Positions 1 to 5,983 of a DNA stretch of 7,279 bases are shown piece after piece. The stretch lies in IMG/VR virus record IMGVR_UViG_2529292829_000014. One strand, written 5' to 3'. The position numbers and the translations under genes were made by a program. The notes under the pieces were generated by a model that saw nothing but the letters and a program-made list of their open reading frames with translations, was not told the origin of the DNA and did no database searches. Within the stretch, counting starts at the first letter, position 1; the number at the start of each line of letters is the position of its first letter. The stretch is from a virus (Duplodnaviria; Heunggongvirae; Uroviricota; Caudoviricetes).

Positions 1-378
1 TTATTTCGAACAATCAGCATCCATCTCCAATCGGAGATCCAACACCATCAGCATGCCCTCCACTACGCCCTCAGCTTTCTGGAGCATCCTGCCAACCCAA
101 CAATCAGATCGCCCATGCTTACGTGCAAGCGCCATAAAAGTCATGCCGCCGACATAATAGTCCACCAATAAATCATGTAAATCGCTGTTGTTTTTTTTCA
201 GGCGAGCCATACATTCACAAATGATCATCGCGTCATCGTCACAGCATTGCGGACGAGATCTTACTTTTGAAGGAATTAATCCCTTAAAACCGGCGGCAAT
301 GGACGACCAGGTCACATCTTCATGATTATTAGCCGCCCATGCCCCCCAACGCTCAAGAACCATCTGAATATCACGCAT
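1..378 (-). CDS. Phage late antitermination protein Q (short Q type, QuuD-like), 125 aa
   Basis: Translation [26 protein letters not shown]...[17 protein letters not shown]... recognised from memory as the short Q antiterminator family. ATG at 376..378 is preceded by GGAG 7 nt upstream on the minus strand; the ORF track's 393 start is an upstream in-frame GTG. TAA stop at 1..3. Lies directly downstream of the ydfU-like gene as in Qin/DLP12-type prophages. Confidence 0.7.
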   Translation of the reverse strand: MRDIQMVLERWGAWAANNHEDVTWSSIAAGFKGLIPSKVRSRPQCCDDDAMIICECMARLKKNNSDLHDLLVDYYVGGMTFMALARKHGRSDCWVGRMLQKAEGVVEGMLMVLDLRLEMDADCSK

Positions 379-395
379 CAACTTACTCCACAAAA

Positions 396-1445
396 TTAGG
401 CCAGCACACCAATTGCCAGCGCGCGATCGATAAATCGAAAAATCAGCTCCAGTTGGGAGCCATACTTCTCTTCAAATGCCACGGTATCCGTATGCAACTC
501 GTCGTGATGCTTTCTGCACAAAGGCAACACAAAGAGATCATGTGCTTTGGTTCCCATTCCGCCCTGCCCGTGACCAATCAGATGATGCGGATCGTCGGCT
601 GGCATACCGCAGCAAGCACACGGCTGTGTCTTAACCCAGCGTGTGTATTTCTCCTTAACCCAACGGTGACGTTTAGGCAGCTTCATGAAAGATTCCGGAG
701 ACTCTGGATCAACGGTGATGCTTACCACCGTCTTTTCCTGTGATGGGTTTTGTTGCTGGTGGGCGTGAGGCAACGGTGCAAGATTTTTTGTGCGCTGTTT
801 CAATATGCTGGTGGCGGTCTGCTCTCCCGGTACGATGTCGCTTTCGCGGTACACCGAGCAGTTTTTTTCCGCTGGTAATCCCAGCGAGCGACGTAATACC
901 GCTTCCGGTAGCGCGTCCGCCACCTGATTGCGGACCGCCCACCAGGATAATTCAGCCAGAGATAATTCACGCTCCTGCGTACCGCTTATTGCGTGACCGA
1001 TGACGTCAATCATCCATGCTGACAGGTTTTGATGAGCAAGTTGCTCGAGTGATTCGGATGTCTGGTCACGCAGCTGGTTGTCGCAGTGCCAGCACAACAC
1101 CATTGCGCCGGTACCATAACGGTGAATAACGGTTTCGCTGTGATGATAATCGCCGAGTGGCCACTGGCAGGATTTAATATGGCGCAACAGCCAGTCAGAC
1201 AATGCACCAGCACCACCAGCAGCACGAATTACCCGTGCGTTACTGAAAAACGGCAGCAATGTTTTGTCTTCCACCAGCGGCTGGCGAACGGCAGGAACGA
1301 CCCCGGACGGCAGATTACGCATGCTTTTCGGTTCCGGCTCCACCAGTACCCGGGTATTGTGGAATACCGGCATGGATTCACGGCCCGGCTTAACGACCAC
1401 CAGCCCGAGTTCCGGTACCAGAACAGGTCGAAGTAATACCCGCAC
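396..1445 (-). CDS. ydfU: DUF968/YdfU-like prophage protein with C-terminal Cys/His (HNH-like) metal-binding cluster, 349 aa
   Basis: 349-aa ORF with GTG start at 1445 preceded by GGAGG (minus-strand mRNA ...GGAGGUAAC GUG). C-terminal motif CACCG...HHLIGHG...CRKHHDELH. Same length and position (just upstream of Q) as YdfU of the Qin prophage; family assignment is from memory. Confidence 0.6.
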   Translation of the reverse strand: MRVLLRPVLVPELGLVVVKPGRESMPVFHNTRVLVEPEPKSMRNLPSGVVPAVRQPLVEDKTLLPFFSNARVIRAAGGAGALSDWLLRHIKSCQWPLGDYHHSETVIHRYGTGAMVLCWHCDNQLRDQTSESLEQLAHQNLSAWMIDVIGHAISGTQERELSLAELSWWAVRNQVADALPEAVLRRSLGLPAEKNCSVYRESDIVPGEQTATSILKQRTKNLAPLPHAHQQQNPSQEKTVVSITVDPESPESFMKLPKRHRWVKEKYTRWVKTQPCACCGMPADDPHHLIGHGQGGMGTKAHDLFVLPLCRKHHDELHTDTVAFEEKYGSQLELIFRFIDRALAIGVLA

Positions 1446-1661
1446 GTTACCTCCAGATGCGTTGCTGGAATGTACGGGACGGACTCGGTGGGCGTTCGGA
1501 GTAAGGCAATCTGACTGAGATTATCCAGTGACGGTATGTGGCGTGTTCCCCAACCAGGACGGTACGTTCACCGCGATGACATATACCAAAAGCAAAACGT
1601 TTAAAACCGAATCTGGCGCGCGTTGCTGGTTAGCCAGAAACACTGACTGATGAGGCTGACG

Positions 1662-2027
1662 ATGGAATTTAAAGATTTACCGTCTGATGTACAGAAAACA
1701 GCAGCTCATACATTGCATTCTGTGCTGCGAGAAATCGGGAAAGATATTGCAAGCGAGCCAGCAAAAGATCTGGCCCGGAAAATCAAGACCGCTTTCGTTG
1801 AGCTTTATAATGTTGGCACTGACTCTGAAACTGTCGAGACCAAGACCGTAAGTTCACCAATATTCTCACTTGAGCCAGGCGTATTATCAGGTGAAATATG
1901 CACCGAGATTTCCAGCGAACTGCTTCCGGTAATACGAGAAGCAATTTGCCGTCGCGGTTTGGATGGAAGTTACGATCATGACGTCCTGCAAGTTCTCAGG
2001 ACAATGGTGACTTCACTGGGGATTTGA
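1662..2027 (+). CDS. Hypothetical protein, 121 aa, mildly acidic, no recognisable domain
   Basis: ORF with GAGG 6 nt upstream of ATG at 1662 (an in-frame ATG at 1650 lacks an SD). No transmembrane segment or HTH recognised. Its 3' end overlaps the convergent minus-strand gene by 32 bp (1996..2027). Confidence 0.45.
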   Translation: MEFKDLPSDVQKTAAHTLHSVLREIGKDIASEPAKDLARKIKTAFVELYNVGTDSETVETKTVSSPIFSLEPGVLSGEICTEISSELLPVIREAICRRGLDGSYDHDVLQVLRTMVTSLGI

Positions 2028-2196
2028 TCCCTGCGTCCTCTAACCTTTTGATATAGCGGTCCTCCAAGAAGCGGTAAATTTTGTCGAAATCATCTTTCCC
2101 CTCTGGTTTATTCAGAGGATTACAGGACCCGTAAGTAGCGGCATACATTTTAACCGTTTTATCAAAAATATAAGAGACAAATTCTTCTTTAGTCAT
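1996..2196 (-). CDS. Hypothetical small protein, 66 aa (MTKEEFVSYIFDKTVKMYAATYGSCNPLNKPEG...), moron-like
   Basis: ATG at 2194..2196 (minus strand) preceded by a strong SD (mRNA ...AAGGAAAUCUAU AUG). The coding region looks visibly AT-richer than its neighbours by eye (not computed). Opposite orientation to the flanking operon. The 95-aa ORF-track version is an upstream GTG extension that would swallow the SD. Confidence 0.5.
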   Translation of the reverse strand: MTKEEFVSYIFDKTVKMYAATYGSCNPLNKPEGKDDFDKIYRFLEDRYIKRLEDAGIKSPVKSPLS

Positions 2197-2276
2197 ATAG
2201 ATTTCCTTCTTGGTTATTCGGGATAAGAAGGATACCACCTCGCCTGACGTGGTTAAAAGCAGGCACACAACACGAA

Positions 2277-2336
2277 AGCGCACGGCGAAGTTCGTCTCAC
2301 TGTACGGTGTCGTTAAATTTAATTCGACCGTGCGCT
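2277..2336 (+). repeat. Perfect 9-bp inverted repeat (AGCGCACGG / CCGTGCGCT) enclosing 42 nt, part of a hairpin-dense region upstream of dicF
   Basis: Arms at 2277..2285 and 2328..2336 are exact reverse complements. Further hairpins follow: CCGCG/CGCGG (2352..2367), CGGGG/CCCCG (2380..2398), GTTGTCA/TGACAAC (2412..2444). Confidence 0.35.
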
Positions 2337-2471
2337 TCCGGTTGTGGCAACCCGCGAAATGGCGCGGCGGTAAGTATGGCGGGGTTATTCCTTCCCCGTT
2401 GAGGACACCGAGTTGTCAGGTTGACCATACGCTTAAGTGACAACCCCGCTGCAACGCCCTCTGTTATCAAT

Positions 2472-2529
2472 TTTCTGGTGACGTTTGGCGGTATCAGTTT
2501 TACTCCGTGACTGCTCTGCCGCCGTTTTT
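2472..2529 (+). ncRNA. dicF: DicF small regulatory RNA (prophage-encoded antisense inhibitor of ftsZ translation)
   Basis: Sequence TTTCTGGTGACGTTTGGCGGTATCAGTTTTACTCCGTGACTGCTCTGCCGCC followed by a T5 tract matches my memory of the 53-nt E. coli DicF RNA almost base for base. It sits immediately upstream of a 62-aa dicB-like ORF, as in the Qin dicB operon. Confidence 0.8.
2487..2529 (+). terminator. Rho-independent terminator forming the DicF 3' end
   Basis: Stem GGCGGTA (2487..2493) pairs with 2517..2523 (ending CCGCC), with an inner CAGT/ACTG helix, followed by G plus TTTTT (2525..2529). No A-tract precedes it, so it is oriented for the plus strand. Confidence 0.55.
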
Positions 2530-2622
2530 AAAGTGAATTTTGTGATGCGGTGAATGCGGCTAAGCGCACGCGGAACAGTTAAAACCAAAAACAGTGTTAT
2601 GGGTGGATTCTCTGTATCCGGC

Positions 2623-2643
2623 GTTAATTGTTAACTGGTTAAC
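2623..2643 (+). promoter_or_regulatory. Three spaced copies of the palindromic hexamer GTTAA(C/T); candidate operator or promoter element upstream of dicB
   Basis: GTTAAT at 2623..2628, GTTAAC at 2630..2635 and 2638..2643, about 55-75 bp upstream of the dicB-like start. A CCTGG-N5-CCAGG inverted repeat follows at 2649..2663. No convincing sigma70 -35/-10 pair could be assigned. Confidence 0.3.
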
Positions 2644-2698
2644 GTCACCTGGAGGCACCAGGCACTGCATCACAAAATTCATTGTTGAGGACGCGATA

Positions 2699-2887
2699 AT
2701 GAAAACGTTATTACCAAACGTTAATACGTCTGAAGGTTGTTTTGAAATTGGTGTCACTATCAGTAACCCTGTATTTACTGAAGATGCCATTAACAAGAGA
2801 AAACAAGAACGGGAGCTATTAAATAAAATATGCATTGTTTCAATGCTGGCTCGTTTACGTCTGATGCCAAAAGGATGTGCACAATGA
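2699..2887 (+). CDS. dicB: DicB-like cell-division inhibitor, 62 aa
   Basis: ATG at 2699 preceded by GAGGA 7 nt upstream. 62 aa, the length of Qin DicB, and located directly downstream of dicF. The ORF-track 97-aa version starts at an upstream GTG without an SD. Confidence 0.7.
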   Translation: MKTLLPNVNTSEGCFEIGVTISNPVFTEDAINKRKQERELLNKICIVSMLARLRLMPKGCAQ

Positions 2888-3075
2888 ATTCAGCATTTGC
2901 GCTTGTTCTGACAGTTTTTCTTGTTTCCGGAGAGCCAGTTGATATTGCAGTCAGTGTTCACAAGACAATGCAGGAGTGTATGACTGCAGCAACCGAACAG
3001 AAAATTCCCGGTAACTGTTACCCGGTCGATAAAGTTATTCACCAGGATAATATCGAAATCCCGGCAGGTCTTTAA
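2884..3075 (+). CDS. ydfD: YdfD-like small membrane protein (lysis protein on overexpression), 63 aa
   Basis: ATGA start/stop overlap with dicB at 2884..2887 (translational coupling). N-terminal hydrophobic segment AFALVLTVFLVSG. 63 aa, the length and position of Qin YdfD. The ORF-track 81-aa version is an in-frame upstream extension. Confidence 0.65.
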   Translation: MNSAFALVLTVFLVSGEPVDIAVSVHKTMQECMTAATEQKIPGNCYPVDKVIHQDNIEIPAGL

Positions 3076-3168
3076 AACAGTTCCGTAATAAATATCCGGT
3101 TTCATTCTTATATGCCAGCAATGGCAGGGATTTGTTCATCCTTAAATCTGTCATGAGGTTAAAACAAA

Positions 3169-5640
3169 ATGAGTAAAGTCTTTATTTGCGCCGCTATTCC
3201 TGACGAACTGGCAACAAGGGAAGAAGGCGCTGTGGCTGTAGCCACAGCCATTGAAGCTGGCGACGAACGCCGTGCTCGAGCAAAATTTCACTGGCAGTTC
3301 CTGGAACATTATCCGGCTGCTCAGGACTGCGCTTATAAATTTATTGTCTGCGAGGATAAACCTGGCATACCCCGCCCTGCCCTCGATTCATGGGATGCTG
3401 AATATATGCAGGAAAACCGCTGGGATGAGGAGTCTGCTTCTTTTGTCCCGGTTGAGACTAAATCCGATCCGATGAACGTCACTTTTGACAAGCTGGCCCC
3501 TGAAGTACAGAACGCTGTCATGGTTAAGTTCGACACATGTGAAAACATCACCGTTGATATGGTTATTAGCGCACAGGAATTGTTGCAGGAAGACATGGCA
3601 ACATTCGACGGACATATCGTTGAAGCGTTGATGAAAATGCCAGAAGTTAACGCCATGTTTCCGGAGCTTAAGTTGCACGCCATTGGGTGGGTTAAGCATA
3701 AATGTATTCCTGGTGCTAAATGGCCCGAAATTCAGGCAGAGATGCGCATCTGGAAAAAACGTCGCGAAGGTGAACGCAAGGAAACCGGAAAATACACGTC
3801 TGTTGTTGATCTCGCCCGCACCAGAGCCAATCAACAGTACACTGAAAATTCAACAGGAAAAATCAGCCCGGTCATTGCTGCCATTCATCGCGAATACAAG
3901 CAGACATGGAAAACACTGGATGACGAACTGGCCTACGCTCTCTGGCCTGGTGATGTGGTTGCCGGAAACATTGACGGCAGCATCCATCGCTGGGCAAAAA
4001 AAGAAGTTATCGACAACGACCGCGAAGACTGGAAGCGTATCTCGGCATCAATGCGCAAACAGCCTGATGCCCTTCGCTACGCCCGCCAAACTATTTTTGG
4101 CCTTGTCCGTGAGCGTCCGATCGACATTCACAAAGATCCCGTAGCACTGAACAAATATATCTGCGAATACCTGACGACAAAGGGCGTGTTTGAGAATGAA
4201 GAAACAGACCTGGGCACTGTTGATGTTCTCCAGTCATCAGAAACACAAACTGATGCAGTGGAAACTGAGGTATCTGATATCCCAAAAAATGAAACCGCGC
4301 CGGAAGCTGAACCATCTGTAGAGCGTGAGGGGCCGTTCTATTTCCTCTTCGCAGATAAGGACGGAGAAAAATACGGTCGCGCAAACAAACTTTCTGGTCT
4401 GGATAAGGCACTGGCTGCTGGCGCCACTGAAATCACAAAAGAAGAATATTTTGCCCGAAAAAATGGCACATACACGGGCTTACCGCAAAATGTAGATACC
4501 GCTGAAGATTCAGAACAACCAGAACCGATAAAAGTTACCGCTGACGAAGTAAACAAAATTATGCAGGCAGCCAATATCAGCCAGCCTGACGCCGATAAGT
4601 TGCTTGCTGCATCACGTGGTGAATTTGTTGAAGGGATTAGTGACCCGAATGATCCGAAATGGGTTAAGGGGATCCAGACCCGCGATTCTGTGAACCAGAA
4701 CCAGCATGAATCGGAACGGAACTACCAAAAAGCGGAACAAAACAGCCCAAATGCGTTACAAAACGAGCCAGAAACGAAACAGCCTGAACCAGTGGCGCAA
4801 CAGGAAGTGGAAAAAGTCTGCACCGCCTGCGGTCAGACCGGCGGCGGCAACTGCCCTGATTGTGGCGCGGTGATGGGCGACGCAACATACCAGGAAACAT
4901 TCGATGAAGAGTATCAGGTTGAAGTTCAGGAAGATGATCCGGAGGAAATGGAAGGCGCTGAACATCCACACAAGGAGAACACTGGCGGCAATCAGCATCA
5001 CAATAGCGATAATGAAACTGGCGAGACGGCAGATCACTCAATTAAGGTGAACGGTCATCACGAAATCACATCCACCAGCAGGACGTGTGACCATCTAATG
5101 ATCGACCTTGAAACCATGGGAAAAAATCCTGATGCCCCGATCATCTCAATAGGTGCAATATTTTTCGATCCGCAAACCGGAGATATGGGACCGGAATTTA
5201 GTAAGACTATCGATCTGGAAACTGCTGGCGGAGTCATTGATCGGGACACCATTAAATGGTGGCTTAAGCAATCACGCGAAGCGCAATCTGCCATTATGAC
5301 CGATGAAATCCCGTTAGATGATGCACTGTTACAATTGCGGGAATTTATCGACGAAAACTCCGGTGAATTTTTTGTTCAGGTTTGGGGAAATGGAGCCAAC
5401 TTCGACAACACGATTTTGCGCCGTTCATACGAACGGCAGGGGATCCCCTGCCCGTGGCGTTACTACAACGATCGCGATGTACGCACAATCGTTGAGCTGG
5501 GGAAAGCCATAGACTTCGATGCCAGAACGGCTATTCCATTCGAAGGTGAGCGCCATAATGCACTTGATGACGCCCGTTACCAGGCAAAATACGTTTCAGT
5601 TATCTGGCAAAAACTGATCCCGAGTCAGGCTGATTCTTAA
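3169..5640 (+). CDS. RecE-like (annotated elsewhere as exodeoxyribonuclease VIII-like) multidomain protein, 823 aa, with C-terminal DnaQ-like DEDDh 3'-5' exonuclease domain
   Basis: Long ORF with GAGG upstream of ATG at 3169. C-terminal 180 aa (from 5098) carry Exo I MIDLET, Exo II GNGANFD and Exo III HNALDDARYQAKY motifs. Middle region is acidic and low-complexity with a CxxC-x7-CxxC zinc ribbon (CTACGQTGGGNCPDCG, 4819..4863). Sits in the exo/recE slot upstream of xis-int; it may be the intact counterpart of the IS-truncated ydfE of K-12 Qin (inference). Confidence 0.8.
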   Translation: MSKVFICAAIPDELATREEGAVAVATAIEAGDERRARAKFHWQFLEHYPAAQDCAYKFIVCEDKPGIPRPALDSWDAEYMQENRWDEESASFVPVETKSDPMNVTFDKLAPEVQNAVMVKFDTCENITVDMVISAQELLQEDMATFDGHIVEALMKMPEVNAMFPELKLHAIGWVKHKCIPGAKWPEIQAEMRIWKKRREGERKETGKYTSVVDLARTRANQQYTENSTGKISPVIAAIHREYKQTWKTLDDELAYALWPGDVVAGNIDGSIHRWAKKEVIDNDREDWKRISASMRKQPDALRYARQTIFGLVRERPIDIHKDPVALNKYICEYLTTKGVFENEETDLGTVDVLQSSETQTDAVETEVSDIPKNETAPEAEPSVEREGPFYFLFADKDGEKYGRANKLSGLDKALAAGATEITKEEYFARKNGTYTGLPQNVDTAEDSEQPEPIKVTADEVNKIMQAANISQPDADKLLAASRGEFVEGISDPNDPKWVKGIQTRDSVNQNQHESERNYQKAEQNSPNALQNEPETKQPEPVAQQEVEKVCTACGQTGGGNCPDCGAVMGDATYQETFDEEYQVEVQEDDPEEMEGAEHPHKENTGGNQHHNSDNETGETADHSIKVNGHHEITSTSRTCDHLMIDLETMGKNPDAPIISIGAIFFDPQTGDMGPEFSKTIDLETAGGVIDRDTIKWWLKQSREAQSAIMTDEIPLDDALLQLREFIDENSGEFFVQVWGNGANFDNTILRRSYERQGIPCPWRYYNDRDVRTIVELGKAIDFDARTAIPFEGERHNALDDARYQAKYVSVIWQKLIPSQADS

Positions 5641-5651
5641 TGTTCAACTGT

Positions 5652-5683
5652 CGCCGGTTGTGACTGGTATTCTGCAACCGGCG
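5652..5683 (+). promoter_or_regulatory. Perfect 9-bp stem (CGCCGGTTG / CAACCGGCG) with 14-nt loop between the recE-like stop and xis; no U-tract
   Basis: Arms at 5652..5660 and 5675..5683 are exact reverse complements. Begins 12 nt after the recE-like stop. No T-run on either strand, so it is not a canonical intrinsic terminator. Confidence 0.4.
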
Positions 5684-5712
5684 CTCGTCTGATGTAAGAG
5701 ATAAAGAAATCG

Positions 5713-5964
5713 ATGAGCGAAGTAATCATGATTGTCTCTCCCGGCAAATGGGTATCCGAAGAGCAGTTAATTGCGCTGAAAGGAATAAAAAAAGGTACGT
5801 TAAAAAAGGCCCGGGAAAAATCGTTTATGGAAGGAAGGGAATATAAGCATGTCGCTCATGACGGTATGCCATGGGATAACAGTCCATGCTTTTACAACCT
5901 GGAAGAAATTGATCGCTGGATTGAGCGCCAGGCATCAGCGAGACCAAGACGTCATCTTACTTGA
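5713..5964 (+). CDS. Excisionase-like protein (lambdoid prophage Xis-like, DUF1233 type), 83 aa
   Basis: Small ORF immediately upstream of the integrase. The sequence ...KWVSEEQLIALKGIKKGTLKKAREKSFMEGREYKHVAHDGMPW... resembles the excisionase-like proteins found upstream of int in E. coli lambdoid prophages (from memory). Start could instead be the ATG at 5728. Confidence 0.6.
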   Translation: MSEVIMIVSPGKWVSEEQLIALKGIKKGTLKKAREKSFMEGREYKHVAHDGMPWDNSPCFYNLEEIDRWIERQASARPRRHLT

Positions 5965-5983
5965 CTAAAAGCCACACTAACTA

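Noticed and set aside
339-1518. ORF-track ORFs 339..743(+), 709..942(-), 740..1003(+), 1010..1225(-), 1086..1436(+), 1264..1518(+)
   Set aside because: All lie antisense or out of frame within the well-supported ydfU-like gene, lack convincing SD sequences, and have low-complexity Arg/Pro/Thr-rich translations typical of spurious frames.
1996-2283. 95-aa version of the minus-strand small gene
   Set aside because: It starts at an upstream GTG and would translate through the strong AAGGA SD; the 66-aa ATG start at 2196 is better supported.
2210-2440. 76-aa basic ORF as a confident CDS
   Set aside because: TTG start, no SD, and overlaps a hairpin-dense region and the SD of the convergent gene. 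Kept only as a possible ydfC-like remnant in the findings.
1446-2470. relBE or hok/sok toxin-antitoxin loci expected from the Qin layout
   Set aside because: No ORF in this interval resembles RelE, RelB or Hok as I remember them; the interval carries two unrelated genes instead.
2560-2887. ORFs 2560..2835(-) and the 97-aa GTG-start version 2594..2887(+)
   Set aside because: The minus-strand ORF is antisense to the dicB-like gene with no SD. The plus-strand long version begins at a GTG without an SD, whereas the ATG at 2699 has GAGGA upstream and gives the expected 62 aa.
3251-5512. Ten internal ORFs overlapping the recE-like gene (e.g. 3333..3683-, 3388..3834-, 4664..5041-, 4756..5037-, 5318..5512+)
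   Set aside because: They are embedded in alternative frames of a long ORF with clear conserved exonuclease motifs; no independent start signals.
3169-5640. Classical RecE/lambda Exo PD-(D/E)XK nuclease
   Set aside because: The C-terminal motifs (DxE, NFD, H-x-A-L-D-D-A...Y) fit a DnaQ-like DEDDh exonuclease rather than a PD-(D/E)XK fold.
5652-5683. Hairpin as an intrinsic terminator
   Set aside because: No U-tract follows on either strand; retained as a regulatory or processing hairpin.
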